64,000 nucleotides of DNA from a virus (Duplodnaviria > Caudoviricetes). Positions 17,544 to 26,882 of the stretch are shown here, in pieces. The number at the start of each line of letters is the position of its first letter. The first letter of the stretch is position 1. A program made the translations under genes and the position numbers. The notes below the pieces were generated by a model that was not told where the DNA came from, searched no databases, and worked only from the letters and a program-made list of their open reading frames with translations. Location: positions 23,302 to 87,301 of IMG/VR virus record IMGVR_UViG_3300037067_011169. One strand, given 5' to 3'.

Positions 17544-18863
17544 TCATTCTCCTAAGTACAACGGACCTACTTCACGGCCCCCATCGATGATGTATCTTGA
17601 TGGGCCATCTGACTCATTCGGACTCTTCAGCTTCACCTTCATCCGCCATGTTATCCCATGCTTCGGATTCACCCCATGGAGCCACTGGCTTGGTTCCTGA
17701 TAGGCCGACAACTTGTTGTAGACGAACGAATCCGTCCCAATCCATGAGCCGTTGACCACCAATTCACCATCGACATCAGAAAGGGAACTTGCTACGTGGT
17801 GGTGCCCACAGCAGAAGTATCTGCACCGCAATGTATTGGCAGCCGCCCCCAGAGCAATCAAACCCTTCTGACGACGCACCATTCCATACCAGGGAACGCC
17901 ACCATTGGACTGCGCATCATCCCCGTGACTGACGTTGAACCCAACCCCGTTGATATTGAGATTGGCGCTCCAAGCGTTTGGAATTAGGAACGACACGTTA
18001 TCCAGCGCCCGACAGTTGAGGCGGGCAACTTCCGCAACGAGATAGTCCCAGTTATCTTGGGCCCCGAGATAGTCCTTCTTTGGCGTGCGCCTACCGTGAT
18101 TGCCTGGTAGATACAGTACGTTGATCTGGTCAAACTGAGATGCCAGGTCACGATACATGAGCGCATGAAGTTGGCCGATCGCCAGACAGTTCTTGAACTG
18201 ATTACGATAGTAGCTCCGTTCACATGCTCGATGAATCTCCCCGCTGCTGAAGTCGCCATAAGCGAGAATCCACAATACTGGGAAATAGAACTGCGGAGCA
18301 AGCGTGTTCTTCCAATCAATCACCGTGTCAACGTAACGCTCGGCCCGACAGCAGGATGTCAAAAAGGTATGATCCTCCAAGCCACCCACCTCTTCGGGAC
18401 GAACCACCTGGTCATGGTGACCATCCGAAAGGTGCATGACGCAGTGCTCAACGATGCAGGATTTACTCCCCTTCTTGATCTGCTTCGGCAGCGCATGATA
18501 GGGGCGTATCCGTGTATCCATTTCACCCACGATTGCGTGAAACAAACCCTCATTCTTTGCGCTCGCCTTGTTCTTTGCCCGTTCCCTATTGCGCTCCTCA
18601 GTCAGATGGATCACTTCTGCTTCCAACTCACGAATGCGCTTATCAGTAGCATCATAGTTCTCAATGGGCTTCCGCTGTCCGCCTGGTCGTTTTGGAACAG
18701 GCTTCTTATCGGGCCATGGAATTGCCTTATGACTTCGCTCGGTCGCAATGTCGCTTATCGCTGATCGACTCACGCCATATTTCTCTGCAATCGCCCTCTG
18801 GGTCAAGGTCGTCCCAAGGTCCGCTTTGATCTTCGTTACGATATCAACGCTCAGTGTCGCCAT
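17544..18863 (-). CDS. HTH plus coiled coil plus metallophosphoesterase domain protein
   Basis: N-terminal TQRAIAEKYGVSRSAIS HTH; SDGH, GD, GNHG, SHGD, GHHH, NGS motifs. Confidence 0.8.
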   Translation of the reverse strand: MATLSVDIVTKIKADLGTTLTQRAIAEKYGVSRSAISDIATERSHKAIPWPDKKPVPKRPGGQRKPIENYDATDKRIRELEAEVIHLTEERNRERAKNKASAKNEGLFHAIVGEMDTRIRPYHALPKQIKKGSKSCIVEHCVMHLSDGHHDQVVRPEEVGGLEDHTFLTSCCRAERYVDTVIDWKNTLAPQFYFPVLWILAYGDFSSGEIHRACERSYYRNQFKNCLAIGQLHALMYRDLASQFDQINVLYLPGNHGRRTPKKDYLGAQDNWDYLVAEVARLNCRALDNVSFLIPNAWSANLNINGVGFNVSHGDDAQSNGGVPWYGMVRRQKGLIALGAAANTLRCRYFCCGHHHVASSLSDVDGELVVNGSWIGTDSFVYNKLSAYQEPSQWLHGVNPKHGITWRMKVKLKSPNESDGPSRYIIDGGREVGPLYLGE

Positions 18864-18871
18864 GTGTTCTC

Positions 18872-20866
18872 CTACGCCACGTATTCCTCAAGAATCGTAT
18901 TGGTGTCGTCCCCATCTATGTCAAGGGAGTCTTTGAATTCGCCTAGCGTCATCAACTCCAGTCGTCTGTTCTCCTTGATTACTTCCAGCACCCGTTCGTC
19001 GGTAGGCAAATGAATCAGGTCCACAATCTCACAACCGAGATTGACATCCATCCCCTTACGGTGAATGCGGTCTTCTGACTGAGTACGATATTCCGGCTTG
19101 AAACTATTGGACCAATAGACCGCCATTCGAGACTCAGTGAGAGTAAGACTCAGACCGCCAGACTCTGGATGTGAGACGAATGCCACCCTCGCGTTTTCCA
19201 TGTCCGCCCAGAATGCCAACGCATTCTCGCCATCGTTGGTGATCGCATCGCCTTCGTGAGATGTAACCTCAAATCCACGGCCGTCACATCGCACTACAGC
19301 CCAACCTTCTCGATGGCAGATATTCACGATCCGATCAATGCTGCCCGTGAAGCCGGCGAAGATGACGATGCGTCCCGTTTCCTCGCATTCGTCAAGCAAC
19401 TTACGAAGCGCTTGCTCTTTCGGACAAGCAATCTCCCTCGTAGTTCTGACAATGTGGGCAACCTTCCCCTTGCCTTGACACCGTGGGCATTCTGTTCGGC
19501 GCTTCTCCAAACGCGCTACAAACTCCTCATCCAAGAAGTCAATCGCGCTGTAGGTGGCGTCCGGGTCCACGGGATCATACCACTCATCCACCTCGCCACA
19601 ACTATCCTGACAGTGGGGACAAGGCACCTCGCCAGATTCAACGTCCCTGTACTGAAACCCATCACTGAGTTCTCGCAACAGCGTCAGTCCGGTAATCGTA
19701 TTCGGGGCGATGTCCATAATGCTTCCAGCAGCCCGAAGTACACTGGAATGCGGTTTGCAGATAATCTTGCGATATCGTTTGTCGGGTAGTTGTAGACAAT
19801 CCTTCTTGTGCTTGATTACGACCAGACCTTTCAGCCGTTCGTACATGTAAGCAATCTCATTGATGCTGGGCTCAAAAGCATGATTGTCCTCAGAGGCCAA
19901 GCATTCATGACATGGTGCATCCTCAAACGCTCCGCACTGTTTACATCGCCGCTCGTCATCCTTCCAAGCCACTCGCCTCTGAAAACTGCCTGTGCCATAA
20001 TCCTCCATAACCAGAACGCAGCACCTTTGCTCAAGAGCTTTCCTACTTCCCTCTCTAAGGAAGCCAGGCCAAGCGATCTCACATTGACTCCACCAGTCGA
20101 GGGGTGACTTCGGAGACGGGGTACCACTCATCTCGATTACGAAGCCTTGGAAGCCATAACGTTCTCGAATCAAGTCTGCAAGCGCTTGGGCCGCGATCGA
20201 TCGTTGACTCGCATCGTTCTTCAATCGACTGGACTCATCGAAAATGACACCCTGGGGAATCTCGCTTTCCGAGGTCCACTCGGACATGCGACTCTTCAGT
20301 TCCTCATAAGTCATGAACTCAATCTGAATTGGGCCGGAGAAGTCGAATCCCCACTTCTTGAATTCCCGGCGAATGTAGGGCAAGGAAGTCTTTGGCCCTA
20401 CCCACCACCACCGTAGCACCTGGCTGTGCTCAATCACCATTTGGGCAGCGAGGGATTTCCCTGTACCCATCTCGGCTGCCCAAATTTGATAATGGAAAGT
20501 CAGACCGGAATCTGCCATCTCAAACTGATGCGCCATAGCAGCAGTGGGCACACCATTACATCGAATTTCCCCATAGTCGTAGTGCTGTATGTCTCGATCG
20601 AACCACGCATACACGTCCTCTCCCATGAGGAAGCCGAGTTGGAAACGATTGCGTGGACAATCGGAAATGCTCCAAATCTTCCTTCCATCTTCATCATCGA
20701 ATCCATGCCAGTGGGAGCCTGTCATGGCCTTTATCTCATCCTTGAGACTAAACGGCGATTTCAGGAAGTAAATGCGTCCATCTGTATATTCCAGAGTAGC
20801 AGCAGACCGAATGAGTTTGCCAGATGAGGTACGAGTAGTCAGTTTGCAATTCACAATCTTAGACAT
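18872..20866 (-). CDS. SNF2-like SF2 helicase with zinc-finger insertions
   Basis: EMGTGKS, IFDES, SGTP, GGLSLTL, QSEDRIHR. Confidence 0.88.
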   Translation of the reverse strand: MSKIVNCKLTTRTSSGKLIRSAATLEYTDGRIYFLKSPFSLKDEIKAMTGSHWHGFDDEDGRKIWSISDCPRNRFQLGFLMGEDVYAWFDRDIQHYDYGEIRCNGVPTAAMAHQFEMADSGLTFHYQIWAAEMGTGKSLAAQMVIEHSQVLRWWWVGPKTSLPYIRREFKKWGFDFSGPIQIEFMTYEELKSRMSEWTSESEIPQGVIFDESSRLKNDASQRSIAAQALADLIRERYGFQGFVIEMSGTPSPKSPLDWWSQCEIAWPGFLREGSRKALEQRCCVLVMEDYGTGSFQRRVAWKDDERRCKQCGAFEDAPCHECLASEDNHAFEPSINEIAYMYERLKGLVVIKHKKDCLQLPDKRYRKIICKPHSSVLRAAGSIMDIAPNTITGLTLLRELSDGFQYRDVESGEVPCPHCQDSCGEVDEWYDPVDPDATYSAIDFLDEEFVARLEKRRTECPRCQGKGKVAHIVRTTREIACPKEQALRKLLDECEETGRIVIFAGFTGSIDRIVNICHREGWAVVRCDGRGFEVTSHEGDAITNDGENALAFWADMENARVAFVSHPESGGLSLTLTESRMAVYWSNSFKPEYRTQSEDRIHRKGMDVNLGCEIVDLIHLPTDERVLEVIKENRRLELMTLGEFKDSLDIDGDDTNTILEEYVA

Positions 20867-21374
20867 GTGTGTGTTCCAAATAGTAGCCGCCGCGATCAGA
20901 TGAACGGTCAAAATCCTTCCAAACGGTACTCAGTCCCATCTGGTCGAATATCCACAGAATCTTTGAATAGCACGCTCGGACAGTAGGTTGTGTTGCCTTC
21001 GAGGTACCAGAAGCTATTGCGTCGCGCCATTGAGCCAACGTTCCAGTGATAATGATGATGTCGCACCCAGCCATCAACGTGGGTACGGAGACAAATGACA
21101 TCCCAACAGCAACGTTCAGGATGTCAATAAGCTCGTGGGTATCAACCACGACGAGGAAGCCAAAGGATACGTGCGAAAGCAAGCGTGGCGTGATGATGGA
21201 CTGAGAATCCGCCATCGTCGCAAGACACGTCAAATACTTCTCCGATGGACAGAGTTTGCGGTGACTTACGTCGGCTGCCTCCGCCACATTCTGGCCCAGT
21301 GCCTCATGCGTCAGTCCGAGCAGTGTGGCAAAATCAATCGAAGGTTCAGAAATCAATACTGCATTTACTGGCAC
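20859..21374 (-). CDS. Hypothetical protein with ThyX/Thy1-like fragments
   Basis: HVSFGFLV and ITGTLAQWRDAI resemble Thy1 strands, but no RHR-x7-S motif. Confidence 0.4.
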   Translation of the reverse strand: MPVNAVLISEPSIDFATLLGLTHEALGQNVAEAADVSHRKLCPSEKYLTCLATMADSQSIITPRLLSHVSFGFLVVVDTHELIDILNVAVGMSFVSVPTLMAGCDIIIITGTLAQWRDAIASGTSKATQPTVRACYSKILWIFDQMGLSTVWKDFDRSSDRGGYYLEHTHV

Positions 21375-21616
21375 GCTTCACTCTCCCGGATGTAGCCAGA
21401 CGATTCAGCCCACTCATGCAAGGCCCAGTCTGGGCAGACCTCATGCGCCTCTGTTGCGTTCTCCCTGCACCACTCAAACAGATCACTCTCTTCAAAAACC
21501 TCGTCTGGCCGTAGTCTCTCCGCTATCCATTCAAGCGCCTGATCCAACAGATCGCTGGTAATCAGGAACGAAAGAAAATCCGAGTTGTCACGATAGGACG
21601 CCATTGTTGTCTCCAT
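21365..21616 (-). CDS. Acidic hypothetical protein
   Basis: Operon fit; start 21616 or 21604. Confidence 0.6.
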   Translation of the reverse strand: METTMASYRDNSDFLSFLITSDLLDQALEWIAERLRPDEVFEESDLFEWCRENATEAHEVCPDWALHEWAESSGYIRESEACQ

Positions 21617-21617
21617 G

Positions 21618-21845
21618 AAAAGCCGGTTACTGCGTGTTTCACTGATGTCGGTATCATCTCCGCTAGTTCACACGCCCAAAATGAAATGTTCCCACCCGTG
21701 GTTCTCCACCACCGAAACATGGAGAGCCACCCTCACCGGCATAGGTACCCATCCATGATGTGCATCCATAGGAGAGGCACGATGGGTGTGTTCCGATCAC
21801 CATCTCAAGATGATGAACGAATCCCTTCCACGCATGGTGGATGGA
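21618..21845 (-). ncRNA. Candidate structured RNA filling the intergenic gap
   Basis: At least five stems; G-U wobbles favour the minus strand; long-range GCCGGT/ACCGGC stem followed by TTTT. Confidence 0.45.
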
Positions 21846-22589
21846 TCAGCGAGCCCGCGACTTCTTGCTGGGTTCTTCCTTCACAGTTTCCACATCTGGC
21901 GCAGCCGGATGAGTAAACTTGTAAATTTCCGACGAGAGGACCTCTCCAGACGGAAGATTGCCAAAAGGCACCGAACACGGATGTGGCTCAGGGACGTGCC
22001 ACGTCTGATTACGCTTGTTCTTAGCCACGCGGACCTTGAGGGTGCAAGGCTCGGCAAAGTGAGGGTGCATCTTACTGACATCCGCGCCGCCGGCAGTCTT
22101 GCGATCAATGTCCGCTTGCGTCAAGGGACAGAAGACTGCAATGTCTCCCGCGATCGGTCGAGTGCTCTTGGCCCCGCAGAACAGTTCCAGGAAACGCCCA
22201 GAACTGCGCTCGAAGACAAGGAAGCTCGTCCCGTAGGCACAGCCCGAATCACGTTCCTCACTGCGAGCCGCGATGTCCTTGAACTCATCAGAGTGAGAAT
22301 CGTAGTTCGTGATGATGGCTTCGCGGTCGCTCATATCGAGCGCCTTGAGCCGCTTTGCCAGGGGCAACACATCGATCTGTGTGCCGAGAACAGTGATCTT
22401 CCCATCGGCCTCCGGGATGCCATAGGTGCCCGGCGGAACGAGGCCCTGATCGATGGCAGGACCTCGGGTGTACAATTGCACTCGACTAAGAAATCGAGTG
22501 GAACGGGACATGTCGGCAAAGTCCGCGTCGTCGCCAAGTTGGGTGCTGGGAAGTTGGTCAAGATTAACAGGAATCAATTCGTTAGTCAT
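21846..22589 (-). CDS. Hypothetical replication protein, possibly ssDNA-binding
   Basis: Lies among replication genes; FLSRVQLY motif and beta-rich core; function inferred. Confidence 0.5.
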   Translation of the reverse strand: MTNELIPVNLDQLPSTQLGDDADFADMSRSTRFLSRVQLYTRGPAIDQGLVPPGTYGIPEADGKITVLGTQIDVLPLAKRLKALDMSDREAIITNYDSHSDEFKDIAARSEERDSGCAYGTSFLVFERSSGRFLELFCGAKSTRPIAGDIAVFCPLTQADIDRKTAGGADVSKMHPHFAEPCTLKVRVAKNKRNQTWHVPEPHPCSVPFGNLPSGEVLSSEIYKFTHPAAPDVETVKEEPSKKSRAR

Positions 22590-22657
22590 AGAAATGTCCA
22601 GAAATGAAACAAACAAGAAAGGTAAACAGGATGAAATCACAATGAAATCACAACAAC

Positions 22658-23557
22658 CTACTCCTCTAACATCTGCTCATCAGATACCTCCTTCTTCGCT
22701 CTTGTGCGAATGGTTGCCTCTTGCTCTTCAACACTCTTGCGATCAAGGTGAGAACACCAGCGTAAGCCGGCATAGAACCCGTCCAGAGCGCTCGCACAGT
22801 CTTCTCCCGTACACACAAGCGCTCCAACCTCTCTCGCGGCGAGTTCTCCCTCAACCTCTTTGATGCTTCGCAGATGGGCCTGCGGCTTGAATTGAGCCGA
22901 ATAGTAGGCTTCCATCGTGCCCTGTTTGACTGCCTCGGTGAACTGCTTGATGCAGGCCGCCGACAATGCCCGAAACTCTGTCGCAGGCATCAGTTGAGCC
23001 CTCTCCACAAATCCCTCTTGAAGGAAGTTGGGGATTCGAGCCAACCGATAGGCGTTGTCCAGGGGTATCTCTCCTCGATCCACCATCACCTGGAAACGCT
23101 TTTCCAGTTTGGTCAGATTGAGGAGATTGCTGATCCAGGCGGGTGTCTTGCGGATGAGGCAAGCCAACTCACGCTGGGTCATGCCAGGGTTCTGAGCCAG
23201 AATCTTCTTCAGACGCTGGGCATATTCCACTGGCTGCGTCTCGGGAGAGATCGCGTTTGCCTGGAGTTGAAGAACAAGGACTTTGCTATCGTCCATCTCT
23301 CGAATAAGGCAAGGAATGGTCTCCAGACCAACCTCCCTTGCACAGGTAAAGCGGTAGTTGCCTTCAACTACCTCGTATAATCCCGGATTCAGGGGTCGCA
23401 CCAGGATAGGCTGAAGAATGCCTTGTTCCCGGATGCTGTCGCACATCTCCAAGTATTCGACTGAATCCCGATTGACGCGGCGAAGCAGAATCTTGGGCTC
23501 CCTCAGCGCCGTGATAGGCAGGTCTGCCAATCTGTTTATCTTTGGTTGTCCACACAA
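22658..23557 (-). CDS. Second ParB/RepB/Spo0J family protein
   Basis: SIREQGILQPILVRP, VVEGNYRF, followed by HTH. Confidence 0.88.
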   Translation of the reverse strand: MCGQPKINRLADLPITALREPKILLRRVNRDSVEYLEMCDSIREQGILQPILVRPLNPGLYEVVEGNYRFTCAREVGLETIPCLIREMDDSKVLVLQLQANAISPETQPVEYAQRLKKILAQNPGMTQRELACLIRKTPAWISNLLNLTKLEKRFQVMVDRGEIPLDNAYRLARIPNFLQEGFVERAQLMPATEFRALSAACIKQFTEAVKQGTMEAYYSAQFKPQAHLRSIKEVEGELAAREVGALVCTGEDCASALDGFYAGLRWCSHLDRKSVEEQEATIRTRAKKEVSDEQMLEE

Positions 23558-23577
23558 GTGCTCTCTCCTGTCCTCTC

Positions 23578-23616
23578 ACTAATACAGTAGCGCAGAAAAC
23601 GATAAATTGTTCCAAT
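23578..23616 (-). promoter_or_regulatory. Conserved 39-bp motif copy A
   Basis: ATTGGAACAATTTATCGTTTTCTGCGCTACTGTATTAGT upstream of the leftward replication operon. Confidence 0.7.
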
Positions 23617-23708
23617 CCGAAAGGAATTCTTGGAAAATAGTTGTCATTGACGCGGCGATCGCTGACGAGAAACACGTCTCGCAACTTTTTTCTCAGAATT
23701 CCGCGCGG

Positions 23709-23747
23709 ATTGGAACAATTTTCTTCGTTCTGCGCTACTGTATTAGT
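23709..23747 (+). promoter_or_regulatory. Conserved 39-bp motif copy B
   Basis: ATTGGAACAATTTTCTTCGTTCTGCGCTACTGTATTAGT upstream of the primase. Confidence 0.7.
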
Positions 23748-23796
23748 GGGCGACAGAGATGAGGATGTAGTTGGGAGATATTGGGAGACAGTATTG

Positions 23797-26496
23797 ATGA
23801 AAGTAAGCGAGGGATTACGGAACTTCTTGAACGCGAAGAAGACGGCGAACAACGCTGATCTGGTTGATCGATGGTCGATCGACATGGAGCTTCAACTGAA
23901 TGTGGCGGCGGACGGCAACCCAGCAGTAGAAGGAAAGAGGAACACCTACGACGACGGGCAGTTTGAGTATTTCAGTTTCCGCATTCCCAAGGATGCGGCT
24001 CACGAGCCTCATTTCCGGGATTGGACGCTGACCTGGCCGTTCGATCTCCACGCGGAAGGGATCGGGATGACCGGCTGGAACTGGAAACTCCGAAAGTCCA
24101 TGTGGGTGGGGTTTGACTTCGATGCCATTACCGGGCACGCGCCGGGGGTGGGCGTCGAGGAAGACGAATTGGAGCGGGTGAAGCAAGTGGCTATGAGTCT
24201 GCCCTATATTGAGGTCAGGAAGAGCACTGGCGGCGGCGGTATTCACCTATATGTGCATCTGGACGGCATTCCGACAGCCAACCACACCGAGCACGCAGCC
24301 CTGTCCCGCTGTATTCTCGGGATGATGAGTTCCGAAACCGGCTTCGACTTCGCCAGTCAGATTGACGCCTGTGGTGGGAACATGTGGTTTTGGCACCGCA
24401 AAATGACGGCTGAGAACGAAGGGCTCAAGATTCTCAAGAAGGCTGAGAAGACGCTGGCGATCGAGGACCTGCCTCCGAACTGGCGGGATCACGTCGAAGT
24501 GGTCACCCGGCGGCGGTCCAAGATTCGCGTGATGGCCGAGATGGGCGAATCCGAGATTGACCCCTTTGAACAGTTTGCCTCTGCCAGGCGGATGGTTCCG
24601 CTGGACGAGAAGCACAAGTGGCTTGTTGAGGAACTGAAGCACTCGGGGTTTTCCACGATCTGGGTGCCAGACCATCACTTGCTGCAAACCCATACAGTGG
24701 CCCTCCAGGAAACGTGGGAGAAGGGCAACATCGAAGGCATCTTCAAAACCAACAGCAAGGGTGACCATAAGGAGACGCCCAACTGCTTCATGTTCCCGAT
24801 GGACAAAGGAGCATGGCACGTCTACCGCTTCAGCGAAGGGGTGAACGAAGCCGAGACCTGGCGGCAGGACAAGGAAGGGTGGACGAATTGCTTTTACAAC
24901 AGGAAGCCCACGCTATCGATTGCGGCTCGTGCGATGGGCGGTCAGGAGGACCCTGATAAGGGAGGCTTCTCATTCAATACCGTCACAGAGGCCATCAAGG
25001 CTGCGGAGGTCCTGGGACAAACCATCAACGTGGACGAAGTCTACCAACATAGGACAGCAAAGCTGAAGAGCCATAAGGATGGACGGCTCATCATGCAGAT
25101 TGATAAGCATCCCAATGAAAAGGATGCAATCCTGGCCGGATGGATCAGCAAACCACGAGGTTGGATCAAACTCTTTGACACGATCGTTGAAGAAACGATG
25201 GAAGACAGCACGTTCGCCGAGTACGACAATATCATCCGTCAGATGATTACGCCAGCTAACGATGATGCTGGATGGTACATACGCTCGCCTGACAACTCAT
25301 GGCAACGCTTTTCGACGGAGAAAGTCAAACTGCGTCTGTTGGCGTTGGGAAACAGCAAACCCCAGATCGACCTGATTCTCGGCAGTACACTTGGCAAGAC
25401 CTGGAAGTTGGTCAACGTTCCTTTCCAACCAGAATACCCTGGCAATCGACAATGGAATGTAGACGCTGCTCAGTACAGCTACAAGCCAGTCGAGCTTGAC
25501 TATGACCAAGCGCCTCAACACCCCCATTGGGACAAGGTCCTGCGTCACTGCGGAGGCGATCTCGATAAGGCCGTGAGGGAAAACGAATGGTGTAAGGTCC
25601 ACAATATCACATCGGGGGCCGACTTCCTTCTCTATTGGATGGCCTTCATTCTGAGAGAACCTTTTGTGCCACTTCCCTACTTGTTCTTCTATGGAAATCA
25701 GAATTGCGGCAAATCCATCTTCCACCAAGCGTTCAAATTGCTGGTCAGCAGTGGAGTAGCATCCGCCGACCGAGCACTAGGAAGCAACAACGATTTCAAT
25801 GGAGAGTTGGCCAACTGCGTCCTGGCCTATGTTGAAGAGACTGACTTGTCCTCCAATGGCGGCAAGGCATACTCACGAATCAAGGATTGGACAACGAACG
25901 ACGAACTCTGGATTCGGCGAATGCGCACCGATGCGTACAAGCAACGCAATACCCTCCACTTCGTTCATACAGCAAACAAACTGAAGCATCTTTATTTGGA
26001 GCCCAACGATACGAGAATTGTAGTGGCTTACGTTCCTGACTTTGAACCGAACGAAGAGATCGCACACGACGCACTCATCGAGAGACTCAAGAATGAAGCA
26101 CCTCATTTCATGCGCACGATTATGGATTTAACCCTCCCGGCCCCTCATAGTCGGCTTGGGTTGCCGCCTCTCCGCACCAAGAACAAGGATAGGGCGGAAG
26201 AAATCCACGGCAACGCGATGGACTCCTTCATTTCGGAAAACTGTTATCCGACGCCTGGAGGACTCATTGAGTTCAACAAATTCTACAAGCTCTTCACCGA
26301 ATGGCTTCCTCCTGACGGTCGTGCTGCCTGGCGTAAGAATGTAGTGATTGATGAAATCAAACAGCGCTTTCCCTACGGGGCACACACGGCCAATAAGCGG
26401 ATGATCGGCAATCTCTCCTTTGAGCCAGCCGAACAAATCAAGGATCATACGCCATGGATGGTAGACGACACAAGTAGACTCGTGAGGACAACGTAA
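23797..26496 (+). CDS. Primase-helicase (AEP-like N-terminus, SF3/DUF5906-like P-loop C-terminus)
   Basis: GFDFD and KSTGGGGIHLY (AEP motifs); GNQNCGKS Walker A, VEE Walker B, TAN sensor; GGGAG RBS and ATG 23797. Confidence 0.85.
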   Translation: MKVSEGLRNFLNAKKTANNADLVDRWSIDMELQLNVAADGNPAVEGKRNTYDDGQFEYFSFRIPKDAAHEPHFRDWTLTWPFDLHAEGIGMTGWNWKLRKSMWVGFDFDAITGHAPGVGVEEDELERVKQVAMSLPYIEVRKSTGGGGIHLYVHLDGIPTANHTEHAALSRCILGMMSSETGFDFASQIDACGGNMWFWHRKMTAENEGLKILKKAEKTLAIEDLPPNWRDHVEVVTRRRSKIRVMAEMGESEIDPFEQFASARRMVPLDEKHKWLVEELKHSGFSTIWVPDHHLLQTHTVALQETWEKGNIEGIFKTNSKGDHKETPNCFMFPMDKGAWHVYRFSEGVNEAETWRQDKEGWTNCFYNRKPTLSIAARAMGGQEDPDKGGFSFNTVTEAIKAAEVLGQTINVDEVYQHRTAKLKSHKDGRLIMQIDKHPNEKDAILAGWISKPRGWIKLFDTIVEETMEDSTFAEYDNIIRQMITPANDDAGWYIRSPDNSWQRFSTEKVKLRLLALGNSKPQIDLILGSTLGKTWKLVNVPFQPEYPGNRQWNVDAAQYSYKPVELDYDQAPQHPHWDKVLRHCGGDLDKAVRENEWCKVHNITSGADFLLYWMAFILREPFVPLPYLFFYGNQNCGKSIFHQAFKLLVSSGVASADRALGSNNDFNGELANCVLAYVEETDLSSNGGKAYSRIKDWTTNDELWIRRMRTDAYKQRNTLHFVHTANKLKHLYLEPNDTRIVVAYVPDFEPNEEIAHDALIERLKNEAPHFMRTIMDLTLPAPHSRLGLPPLRTKNKDRAEEIHGNAMDSFISENCYPTPGGLIEFNKFYKLFTEWLPPDGRAAWRKNVVIDEIKQRFPYGAHTANKRMIGNLSFEPAEQIKDHTPWMVDDTSRLVRTT

Positions 26497-26507
26497 GAGG
26501 CAAGAGA

Positions 26508-26882
26508 ATGAAGTACGACATGAAGGACGGTGGGACAAGACAAACGTTTGGCAACGGGATGGCTATTCGTGACACGGCGGACGACAAACCACGACCTGAC
26601 CTGATTTCACCGTTCGCGGATGAGCGAGTCGGATATTGGTTGAAAATGGGGGCACAGAAATACTCGGAACGCAACTGGGAGAAAGGAATGCCCTTTTCCC
26701 GTTGTGTAGCCTCACTCCGCAGACACATCATGCGATACCAACAAGGAATGCGAGATGAAGATCACCTGGCAGCCATCATCTTCAATGCCATGGCGTTGAT
26801 TCATTATGAAGAGATGATCGAGAGAGGGGTACTACCTGCTGAGTTAGATGACCTGCCCAAATATCAGAGGATCACTCCATGA
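26508..26882 (+). CDS. dATP/dGTP diphosphohydrolase (DUF5664-like)
   Basis: DKPRPDLI, GAQKYSERNWEKG, SLRRH, EDHLAAIIFNAM. Confidence 0.85.
   Translation: MKYDMKDGGTRQTFGNGMAIRDTADDKPRPDLISPFADERVGYWLKMGAQKYSERNWEKGMPFSRCVASLRRHIMRYQQGMRDEDHLAAIIFNAMALIHYEEMIERGVLPAELDDLPKYQRITP

Larger units (their letters stand above)
23578..23747. repeat. Imperfect inverted repeat with ~66-bp arms (23578-23643 and 23682-23747)
   Basis: Arms are reverse complements, each containing one motif copy, between divergent genes. Confidence 0.85.

Noticed and set aside
21635-21665. CTGATG near GAAA suggesting a hammerhead ribozyme
   Set aside because: The core reads CTGATGT rather than CTGATGA, and the required GAAA and stems are not on the same strand in the right order
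21661-21695. GGAACATTTC..GCGTGTGAACTAG as another copy of the 39-bp motif
   Set aside because: Spacing and the 3' half differ, and it is better explained as part of the predicted RNA stems
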